From positions 32,001 to 96,000 of IMG/VR virus record IMGVR_UViG_3300048694_001005: a stretch of 64,000 nucleotides of DNA; one strand, 5' to 3'. The DNA comes from a virus. The position numbers and the translations under genes are program-made. Within the stretch, counting starts at the first letter, position 1. Each line of letters begins with the position of its first letter. This document shows, piece after piece, positions 26,376 to 34,250 of the stretch. Under the pieces are notes generated by a model, which did no database searches, was not told where the DNA came from, and was given only the letters and a program-made list of their open reading frames with translations.

Positions 26376-27440
26376 TTAAGATTTGAGCTTACAATTGTCT
26401 AAATGATATCGTGCCATATTTGATGTACCGCCCATTTTGCCACAATGCGGGCATGTAACCTGAATTTGTGGGCCCTTGGGCTTACGCATTTTTTGTTTAG
26501 TTTCTTCTGTTAATATTTTGCCTTTTTTACTTTTGCCTATATTTAGTTTCCACTGTGCCTTTTGCTCTTCGGTCATTTTGTAATAACAAGGTTTGCCATA
26601 CATGCCATTATCTTTGCCTTCGTGACGCATTTTTTCTTTTACCACTGCCAATTCTTCCTCAGTTAAATTTGCGAATGGGTGCCGACCAAACATACCATTA
26701 TCTTTGCCTTTATGTGCCATTTTTGATTTTGCTACAATTAATTCTTCTTCGGTTAGTTTTTCAAAAGGATGTGTTCCATATCTTGGACTCAACATACCTT
26801 TTCGACCATACATTGGATTGTTAACCCCTCTATAATTCTGATTCAACCAGGCCTCATATTCTTCATCGGTTTTATTTCTTTTTGTTGAATTATTTTCTCC
26901 CAACCTAAATTTTGCTCTGTAATTTTCCTTCTCTTCCTCAAGCATACCATGCTCCCAAAGAAAGTTTTCATTTGGGTATCTGTCCTTAATCAAAGTCCAC
27001 AGTCTTGATGCCTCCTCGTCACTTTCTTCGTGCGGCGGCAAAAACTTAATTGGAGGAATAATAGCATTGTAATAACGCCGCTCGCCATTGGGCAATTTTG
27101 TTCTTAATGCATCTTCCACGATCATTTTTTCAACCTCCGCATAGGTCAATGCCGCTTTTGATTTATGAAGTGATTCAATAATAAAAACGAATCGAGATTT
27201 TCCATGCTCTTTAATCAATTTATTAATCGTTTCGGAAGAACTAGTATATGTTTTCCAATCAGATTCTTTGGTGGTCCAAACTTTGTTTTTCCTACTTTTG
27301 AGACGTTTGCTTCTCTTACTAAAAAATAATTTTTTCCCAATGTACTCTCGAGAAGTTTCAGTATCAATTATCCTATATATAAACCCAACCCATTCATTAA
27401 CGTCAAATTTTTTTGGATATTGCCAATGTCCTAAATCCAT
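26376..27440 (-). CDS. GIY-YIG (Seg-like) endonuclease with ~30-aa tandem repeats, NUMOD3 motif and C-terminal Cys/His finger
   Basis: VGFIYRIID...REYIGKK...ESDWKTYTSSS...YYN; repeated G.DNGM[FY]G; CPHCGK...ARYHLDNCK. Confidence 0.85.
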   Translation of the reverse strand: MDLGHWQYPKKFDVNEWVGFIYRIIDTETSREYIGKKLFFSKRSKRLKSRKNKVWTTKESDWKTYTSSSETINKLIKEHGKSRFVFIIESLHKSKAALTYAEVEKMIVEDALRTKLPNGERRYYNAIIPPIKFLPPHEESDEEASRLWTLIKDRYPNENFLWEHGMLEEEKENYRAKFRLGENNSTKRNKTDEEYEAWLNQNYRGVNNPMYGRKGMLSPRYGTHPFEKLTEEELIVAKSKMAHKGKDNGMFGRHPFANLTEEELAVVKEKMRHEGKDNGMYGKPCYYKMTEEQKAQWKLNIGKSKKGKILTEETKQKMRKPKGPQIQVTCPHCGKMGGTSNMARYHLDNCKLKS

Positions 27441-27446
27441 AAAAGC

Positions 27447-27474
27447 CTCCAGTATATTTATTTATACACTGGAG
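27447..27474 (-). promoter_or_regulatory. SD-sequestering hairpin containing a late promoter
   Basis: mRNA CUCCAGU-GUAU-AAAUAA-AUAU-ACUGGAG occludes the SD GGAGG (27450..27446); TATAAATA at 27466..27459 lies inside the hairpin. Confidence 0.75.
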
Positions 27475-27492
27475 CTCTTTTTGGCAAAATAC

Positions 27493-27678
27493 TTACTTAG
27501 CTGACATAGCGTTTTTCTTGTCCTGGATCTCACCACGACGAACTTTAGTTAGTTTTGCAAGCTCGCTTAGTGCTTTACGGGCACGACCAGCAGCGGCTTT
27601 AACGCCCTTGATCTCAAAACTGTCCTGTTCCTTTTTGTATGCATCAACGGCTGCTAGAATTTGTTCATGTGTTGTCAT
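27493..27678 (-). CDS. Small basic Hc1 (histone H1-like)-type nucleoid protein
   Basis: KGVKAAAGRARKALSELAKLTKVRR resembles the KGNKAAGTRARK motif of the Hc1 family; SD AAGGAG. Confidence 0.6.
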   Translation of the reverse strand: MTTHEQILAAVDAYKKEQDSFEIKGVKAAAGRARKALSELAKLTKVRRGEIQDKKNAMSAK

Positions 27679-27730
27679 TGCTATCTCCTTGTAATCTTAA
27701 TTAGTGCTACCAATTTGACCTGTAATATTT

Positions 27731-29734
27731 CTAAATATTTGCTATTTCCGTACTGGTTTCATACGTGGTAAAGCCATTTTCTTTGATGACTCGTAGTATA
27801 TTGTTTACCCTACCTGCTAATTCATCCTTGTGACTTACTAACCAAACACTTTTATTGAGCTCACGACTCATGCGTTTAAGCATACCTAGTGCATTATCTA
27901 CGCCGCTACTATCCAGACCGCTGTCAATTAGCTCGTCAATAAACATGAGATTAATGGGCTGATATAAACTTTCCCAAACATCACGAAATGCCCAGCTAAG
28001 GCTCAGTATCAGTCGTGTTCTTTCGCCCCTCGATAAATTATCAAAGTCCAGCTCACGGCCCAGTTCTGTGATCTCAACTGTGAGGTCATTCATAAAGGTT
28101 ACAGTATGTGGCAACCCAATACGTTCCAAATACTGGCTTAGACGTGTATTCAAATAGCCTAAGTTTTGATCAATGATGCGTTTACGTACAAAGCTATCTT
28201 TGTTGGTCAGCAATTTAAGCAAAAACTCCTGATGCTCACGTAACATTTCCAATTGATTGATGGTTTCATAGTTAATCTCAATCACGGCTTTGTTCTGCAT
28301 CTCGTCGATTTGCTCGACGTAGGGATCAGTTTCGTTTTCTTTGTTTTCAAGATCCCTAACTAGTCCATCCAACCGGTTTTTATGATCCAATGCATCCGCC
28401 AGCGTATCATAAAACACTTTGGGCATGGCGCCCAGGGCTCCTAGCTGTTTTAGTGATGCGTTATGCTCTTTTTCCTCTGCATCAGACCGGTTCCACTGCG
28501 TTTCTGCTTCCGTCAGTGACTCTTGTTTGTCTCTGCGGATTTCTTCCTGCTTGCCATCATGTATAGTTTGTCCACAAGCATAGCATTCGTGATTATCCAG
28601 TGATGCGATCTCTTTGCGCAGCTTTTCCTGAGCTTTTTCTAACTTAGCTTTATCATCTGCAGACTGTTTAATCAGCTTTTTGCATTCATCAATTTGCTTC
28701 TTGCGTTCGTTATAAGCATCAAGGTCACGATGTAGTTGTAATTCTTGCTCAATGTCTATGTTTACTAGATCGCCTATGGATCTAGACAGTTTGGCCTTGT
28801 CTTCTTCGTGTTTATTCTGCCACAGCCGCTGTCTACGCTCTAGTGATTCAATTTGTTCCTTGATTCTCGCATTGGCTTCTTCTGTGGCCTTAATCTTGTA
28901 TTGTTCCTGGGTAATGAGATCTTTGGTATCTTTGATTTGCTCTTTGAGATGATCAGCTTTTTCACTTAGCAGTGTAATACCCAGCAGTTGCTCAATGATA
29001 CTGCGCTGGTCAGCTGCTCTAAGACTTAGGAACGGCTCAGTATAAGTGTTTAGCGCCACGATATGCTTAAACATATCAGGGCTGATACTTAATATACGTT
29101 CTATTTCCTGTTGTGTTTCGCGGCTGTCGCCCTGACTTTCGTCAGCTTCGTTATTTGCAGCATCTACTCGCTCAACGTCATTTACATAAAACTTCAGCAG
29201 TGTGGGTTTACGACCGCGCTCAATGCGATAGTGGTTGCCGCCATGCTCAAAATCCACTGTGACCAGCATGTTTTTGCCGTTGGTCTTATTAATAAGATTG
29301 TCTTTTTTGATATTGGTTAGTGCATTGCCAAATAACCCATAGCTAAGAGCATTGGCAATAGTAGTATTGTGCGACAGAATCCCATTGGTATAGTATCTGT
29401 GTTCATCAGAATTAACGGCAATGTCAAACATATTTTCTTCTTGTTCAGAAGCTTGTATGTCTGATACTTTCTCTAACCCATCAATGGTTTGAATAAATGA
29501 ATTAAGCCTAATGTCTTTTACAAAAATTTCGTTGAATTCATCATTAAATAAAATATGATCGTCCGCGCACCTGAGATTTTTCCCTGATTCGGTTTTGACC
29601 GTCCATACATGATATGGAATTGTTTTATGTATGGACGTAATGGGACTCCATCCAGAATCTGTTTCAATCTCTAAATTTTTTAGATTTACAGAGTTGATAA
29701 ATTTTCTATTTACGATGTCAGAAATTGAATGCAT
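27731..29734 (-). CDS. gp46: gp46 (Rad50/SbcC-like) C-terminal fragment preceded by a 123-aa C-intein
   Basis: C-intein 29734..29366 (CADDH block B; MFDI and YYTNGILSHN blocks F/G), then TTIANAL; CYACG zinc hook, LSRGE signature, FIDE Walker B, SH H-loop. Confidence 0.92.
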   Translation of the reverse strand: MHSISDIVNRKFINSVNLKNLEIETDSGWSPITSIHKTIPYHVWTVKTESGKNLRCADDHILFNDEFNEIFVKDIRLNSFIQTIDGLEKVSDIQASEQEENMFDIAVNSDEHRYYTNGILSHNTTIANALSYGLFGNALTNIKKDNLINKTNGKNMLVTVDFEHGGNHYRIERGRKPTLLKFYVNDVERVDAANNEADESQGDSRETQQEIERILSISPDMFKHIVALNTYTEPFLSLRAADQRSIIEQLLGITLLSEKADHLKEQIKDTKDLITQEQYKIKATEEANARIKEQIESLERRQRLWQNKHEEDKAKLSRSIGDLVNIDIEQELQLHRDLDAYNERKKQIDECKKLIKQSADDKAKLEKAQEKLRKEIASLDNHECYACGQTIHDGKQEEIRRDKQESLTEAETQWNRSDAEEKEHNASLKQLGALGAMPKVFYDTLADALDHKNRLDGLVRDLENKENETDPYVEQIDEMQNKAVIEINYETINQLEMLREHQEFLLKLLTNKDSFVRKRIIDQNLGYLNTRLSQYLERIGLPHTVTFMNDLTVEITELGRELDFDNLSRGERTRLILSLSWAFRDVWESLYQPINLMFIDELIDSGLDSSGVDNALGMLKRMSRELNKSVWLVSHKDELAGRVNNILRVIKENGFTTYETSTEIANI

Positions 29735-30810
29735 TTTTTAATTGTTTCCTTTTGATTTTTCTTGAAATCATGTTCCCAGATAATTAAAACTTCATATCCT
29801 TGATCACGAGCACATTGTAATTTTACAGCATCTGATGCCCATTTATCAATAGATTTAACTTTAGTTCTTGGATTTATAAAATCTGGCGAATATATAGAAG
29901 GGTTAGAGTGCCAAAAATCACCATTATATTCTATGATTTTATTATTGGCCATAATATCATAGATGTATTGTTTTTTACCTGATTCATGTAAAGTAAATTG
30001 ATGTATGGCATCTGGTATTGTTTCTTTTATTGCTTTCAGTATTAATTTTTCTGCTTTTGAAACAGTAATTCCTTTAGTTAACTTTAAACGATTAATTCTA
30101 GACTTTTCTTCTGCGGATTTGGAATTTAAGGTGCCCTGCCATTTATTTTGTCGATCTTGCCAAATCTTCATCCCCTCATTTTCTCCATATTTTTGTACGC
30201 ATATTTCTTTTGAAAAATATTTTTGCGAGTTTGACAACATGAGTGCTGACTCTTCTGCGGAATATCCCCTAGCAGTATAGTATTCAATACATCGAGGTGA
30301 TGAAACTCGATGTAAGTTTGATCTAGATTTTTTTTCGGCACCTAATTTATTATTGGACCTTTTCGTTTCTTTAGCTAATTTAATAGCTTCTTCAAGAGAA
30401 AATCCTTTGTTGATCCAATACTCTTTCCTAATCGGCCTTCGACTATTTCTTTCTTGATCAGCTTCGTCCTCGGTATAGTTTTTTCCGGTTATGGGATTGA
30501 TCTTGTTAAGCCAAAAATTTCTGCTATAAACACTACACGGATTCCCTGATTTATGTTTTTTGGCCTTTATATGCGACTCCTCATAGGTCCAGCCTCGTGA
30601 TAACCAATAAGATTTTGTGCGTGGCGCAGCATTGGTTGTTAGGTTTAATTTTTGACGAATGAATTGCTCAATAATTTTCTTGTTGTTTTCAATTTTGATA
30701 CTCAACAAGTCGACTAACAATTTTTGATACAGATCAGGATTTAAATTTTTGATAGTTTGTTCCATTACTTCTTGACAATTAACTTTGAGTTCTTTGTTCC
30801 AGCGCGGCAT
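29710..30810 (-). mobile_element. Free-standing Vsr/EDxHD-like homing endonuclease between the split-intein halves
   Basis: YDIMANNKIIEYNGDFWHSNP...GYEVLIIWE; repeated YW..KG.S.EEA helices; overlaps both gp46 fragments in a different frame. Confidence 0.8.
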
Positions 30811-31048
30811 TATATAATTCTCCTATAGTAAGTTCCATAACTTCACCGGTTTCGGTGTTACGAACTTTAACTAAAGTATTTATCCCAACACATTTACCCG
30901 TGCCATTGCGAGCACCAGCATCATCACCGCCTAGATCTAAGTTTTCCCCCAGCACCAGTGTTAGGTCCTGGCGATTGAAGTCAATAGCTTGTGTGACATT
31001 ACCCACACTTAGGAAGTTCTTTACAGTGAGATTCTTAACTTTGAACAT
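30779..31048 (-). CDS. gp46: gp46 N-terminal fragment (52 aa) plus 37-aa N-intein
   Basis: VKNFLSVG...LVLGEN...RNGTGK (Walker A up to Lys), then CVGINTLVKV (intein block A; Cys codon 30892..30890). Confidence 0.9.
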   Translation of the reverse strand: MFKVKNLTVKNFLSVGNVTQAIDFNRQDLTLVLGENLDLGGDDAGARNGTGKCVGINTLVKVRNTETGEVMELTIGELYNAALEQRTQS

Positions 31049-32061
31049 TATAGGTTCCTATAGATATCTAGCAGTATCTTTTTATCAAAGTGTTCGCTTT
31101 CAATACTAGTAATTTGATTTGTGACAATTTGATCCACACTTTCAAACGTGATCTCGGCAGCGCCAGTCATGTCTGATAATTCTGTTTTCTTAGGCGGGAT
31201 TAATGTAATCTCACGCAGTTGAAACTGATCCACAAATGTTTCTTTGAGATAGTTAGCTTCTTCATAGCTGAGATCAACGTCTAAATTGATACGCACATGC
31301 TGCCGTGGTTTGAGTATCGCACTGGGATCAGCTACGATATCACTGAGTTTAGCCACCAAATAAGTGGGTTGATCGGGCCAACTATGAAATACTGGATCTT
31401 CGCCCCAGGGCAGTATCATGACACCACGTTCAGCATCGCCTGCATCGGCGTAATTATGTGGGAAGCAATTACCAATATACGTAATGTTGCGTTCTGATTG
31501 TCGTTTATGGAAATGCCCGCTGAATACGTGCCCTATATGCCCAAGGTGTTCACGGCGTATTTCACCATGCTCTGGCATCTGTACCATTGCATTCATGTAA
31601 AAGTGTGGCAGCTCAAAGTGACCAAACATATACTGAGCATTAATCTTCTGCAGTCGTTTGTGGTCATCACCCACTAGCCAAGGTACAATACTGACGTCGC
31701 CTTCCTTAAAGAAGTCATTTACGATAGTGATATTGTCAATATGTCTAGCCCACTCAACACTTTGAATGTCGCGCTTGTCTCTATAGTAGAGATCGTGGTT
31801 GCCAGGAATAAAAAACACACGATTAAAACTTTGGCTCATTAACTCTAAACAGCGTAAGCTATAATTAAGAGTCATGATATTGATACTGGCGCGATTATTG
31901 TGGTAATCGCCCAGGAATAAACAAGTATCACAATCGTTTTGGCGCCCCAGCTCGCAGGCCCAGTTTATAAATGCTAGGCAATCTTCATTGTGAAGTTTAC
32001 TGTTAGATTTTAAGCCAAGATGCAGATCTGTAAAAACAATAGCACGTTTAAATAAATTCAT
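31048..32061 (-). CDS. gp47: Recombination endonuclease subunit (Mre11/SbcD-like, T4 gp47)
   Basis: FTDLHLG, LGDY, GNHD, GHFE and SGHFH phosphoesterase motifs. Confidence 0.95.
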   Translation of the reverse strand: MNLFKRAIVFTDLHLGLKSNSKLHNEDCLAFINWACELGRQNDCDTCLFLGDYHNNRASINIMTLNYSLRCLELMSQSFNRVFFIPGNHDLYYRDKRDIQSVEWARHIDNITIVNDFFKEGDVSIVPWLVGDDHKRLQKINAQYMFGHFELPHFYMNAMVQMPEHGEIRREHLGHIGHVFSGHFHKRQSERNITYIGNCFPHNYADAGDAERGVMILPWGEDPVFHSWPDQPTYLVAKLSDIVADPSAILKPRQHVRINLDVDLSYEEANYLKETFVDQFQLREITLIPPKKTELSDMTGAAEITFESVDQIVTNQITSIESEHFDKKILLDIYRNL

Positions 32062-32069
32062 ACCTACGT

Positions 32070-32099
32070 ATTATATAGATCTCAGTAGTACAAGATCAA
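32070..32099 (-). promoter_or_regulatory. Sigma70-type promoter
   Basis: TTGATC-N18-TATAAT, ending 8 nt before the gp47 ATG; no SD. Confidence 0.55.
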
Positions 32100-32104
32100 G
32101 TTTT

Positions 32105-32956
32105 TCAGTCATCTATATTGCCAGACCCGCCGTGCCAATTCATTTGCCTTGTATAGCTTGGTGCAAAGTTATTCATCTCCAAAATATCGTCACGCAAGTT
32201 TTGATTGCGTTTTTCTACATTTAATACACGAGTAAATGAGTTAGTGATAACTGCGGTATAGTAAGCGAATGGATTGTTACTTTTGCTTTCATCAAACTGT
32301 AAACCTATTTGGCTTAACTGCAATAATGCTTGGCTGCGCATTTCGTCATTGTACGTATATCCTCGCCAATTGCTACGAGTGCCGTAACGCTCACACAACT
32401 TCATGAACATCAGAGCTAGCTTATTGGTCATTTTACCATGATCTTTGCAAAATTGTCCACGACTCAGCGTACCGGTCCAGTGACTTTTTGCCACACATTT
32501 GGGAATACCGTTTTTATCTATTCTATAGTGTTGGAAGGGAGGGAAGTTTACTTTAATATATTGAGTAACGGGTTCAACGTCGCCATCGTATTCTGTGTGA
32601 TCGTCGGGTTCTTCTGCATCCATAGCAGCCATTTTTACTTTATCTACAGGTATATGTTCCCAGGTCATTATTCTAAACACCAGTTCGGTATCAGTAATAT
32701 CTTTGGGTTTTATTTTGTTTTTGTCTAGTTTCGCTGTGGGGTCGATTTTTACTGCTTGTTCGTGTGCTAGTTTACAAAGTCGTTCTGCTCTAGCTTTTTT
32801 GGCTTTTTTAATGTTTTTGGGTACGATTTGGTCAACATTTTTAAGTATCATGTCATAATCAACATCTCGTTCCGTCTTATAACTACAGTATGATGTCTTA
32901 CTTTTGTGTATTTCTGCTAATAAATCTCTGTTGTTGAGGTAATTTACGCGGGCCAT
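32105..32956 (-). CDS. gp55: Late-transcription sigma factor (T4 gp55-like)
   Basis: NYLNNRDLL.EI; NWRGYTYNDEMRSQA...FDESKSNNPFAYYT. Confidence 0.9.
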   Translation of the reverse strand: MARVNYLNNRDLLAEIHKSKTSYCSYKTERDVDYDMILKNVDQIVPKNIKKAKKARAERLCKLAHEQAVKIDPTAKLDKNKIKPKDITDTELVFRIMTWEHIPVDKVKMAAMDAEEPDDHTEYDGDVEPVTQYIKVNFPPFQHYRIDKNGIPKCVAKSHWTGTLSRGQFCKDHGKMTNKLALMFMKLCERYGTRSNWRGYTYNDEMRSQALLQLSQIGLQFDESKSNNPFAYYTAVITNSFTRVLNVEKRNQNLRDDILEMNNFAPSYTRQMNWHGGSGNIDD

Positions 32957-33006
32957 TCAATAGGTTCTCCTTATATGTACTTAATACTAGCACATTTTAG
33001 CAAAAA

Positions 33007-33012
33007 TAAATA
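33007..33012 (+). promoter_or_regulatory. Late promoter TAAATA for the baseplate operon
   Basis: AATAAATAT, 26 nt before ATG 33039. Confidence 0.6.
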
Positions 33013-33038
33013 TATAAAACAAGGGTTTACTACAATTT

Positions 33039-33950
33039 ATGCCAGAAAACTTTACAATTACAAACGATGACGACGGCAATCCGTTGCCAACAACACAACC
33101 AGCAACGGATCAACCTGGCGCGTTTAGTACCAGTGGAATTTCAAATACGCTGAAAAACTTCGCTAGTGGTGCACGTAATTTAATGGGCGATCAAAATGGT
33201 CTACTGGGTAGTTTGGGTAGACTGGCTGGTATAGGTATATTGTCGGGTGGCAAATCGCCAAATAAAAAACAAAACGTAAACATAGCAGATGTCGCCACAC
33301 CAATCTTAGACCAGGGGTTATCCTATGATAAAGACTGGCGTGTTCGTTTATTATTGCCAGATGGGCTAGCGGGAGAATTGTATCAACTGGATCTATTAAA
33401 ACCCCTGGGCGGTGGACAGGATGATGGCAGTCAAGTTTTCCGCGGTGTAATTTTTCCATATACTCCTAACATCACAGTTACCTATGCTGCGGATTGGCAA
33501 GCTCAGAAGCTAACACACAGCAACTATGCGGCACAATTCTATAACAGTAGCGAAGTACAGGACATACAAATACAGGGAACATTTACTGCCCAAAATCAAG
33601 CCGAAGCAGAATATCTGCTGGCAGTTATGACCTTTAGCAAGTTAATAACAAAAATGTTTTTTGGTGAAAGCAGCAATGTAGGAAATCCGCCACCTATTAT
33701 GCATCTATATGGACATGGTGAATATCAATGGAATCGTGTGCCAGTTATAGTAAAGAACGTTCAGTACTCTTTATCGCCCGATGTAGATTATATGCCAGTA
33801 TTACGAGACGGCAAGCCCATAGCCAGAGTACCTACAATAGTAGAAAGCTTTTCTTGGACCGTCGCACCGGTATACAGTAGAAAACAAATGAGCACTTGGA
33901 GTTACGAAAAGTTTGCAAGCGGCGAATTGATTAAAGGGGGATTCATCTAA
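33039..33950 (+). CDS. Baseplate/tail-tube initiator-like protein (gp48/gp54-like)
   Basis: DWRVRL...GVIFPYTPNI...HSNY...FY.SS...GNPPPI..L.GHG; first gene of the baseplate operon. Confidence 0.65.
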   Translation: MPENFTITNDDDGNPLPTTQPATDQPGAFSTSGISNTLKNFASGARNLMGDQNGLLGSLGRLAGIGILSGGKSPNKKQNVNIADVATPILDQGLSYDKDWRVRLLLPDGLAGELYQLDLLKPLGGGQDDGSQVFRGVIFPYTPNITVTYAADWQAQKLTHSNYAAQFYNSSEVQDIQIQGTFTAQNQAEAEYLLAVMTFSKLITKMFFGESSNVGNPPPIMHLYGHGEYQWNRVPVIVKNVQYSLSPDVDYMPVLRDGKPIARVPTIVESFSWTVAPVYSRKQMSTWSYEKFASGELIKGGFI

Positions 33951-34249
33951 TGGCCACATATTCAAAAGCAAGTCCCTATTATTCTACTGGTACATATGGT
34001 GGATACTTAGACGTATTAAATTACAGATCCTTTCCAGCACAGCCTGATGATCAAATTATCACTTTAACTGAATCATATAGGAATAGACCAGATTTGTTGG
34101 CATTTGACCTGTATCAGGATTCACGTTTGTGGTGGGTATTTGCAGTAAGAAATCCCAACAATATAAAAAATCCTGTGTTTGATTTTGTACCTGGACGTAA
34201 AATTTATGTGCCCAAGAAAGAAACTTTAACTACAGCACTGGGATTGTAA
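33950..34249 (+). CDS. gp53: Baseplate wedge subunit, LysM-like (gp53-like)
   Basis: YRNRPDLLAFDLYQDSRLWWVFAVRNP...DFVPG..IYVP. Confidence 0.85.
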   Translation: MATYSKASPYYSTGTYGGYLDVLNYRSFPAQPDDQIITLTESYRNRPDLLAFDLYQDSRLWWVFAVRNPNNIKNPVFDFVPGRKIYVPKKETLTTALGL

Positions 34250-34250
34250 T

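Noticed and set aside
29735-30778. Group I intron explanation for the split gp46
   Set aside because: The interval is fully occupied by the endonuclease ORF with no room for a ribozyme core, and both flanks carry complete intein splice motifs
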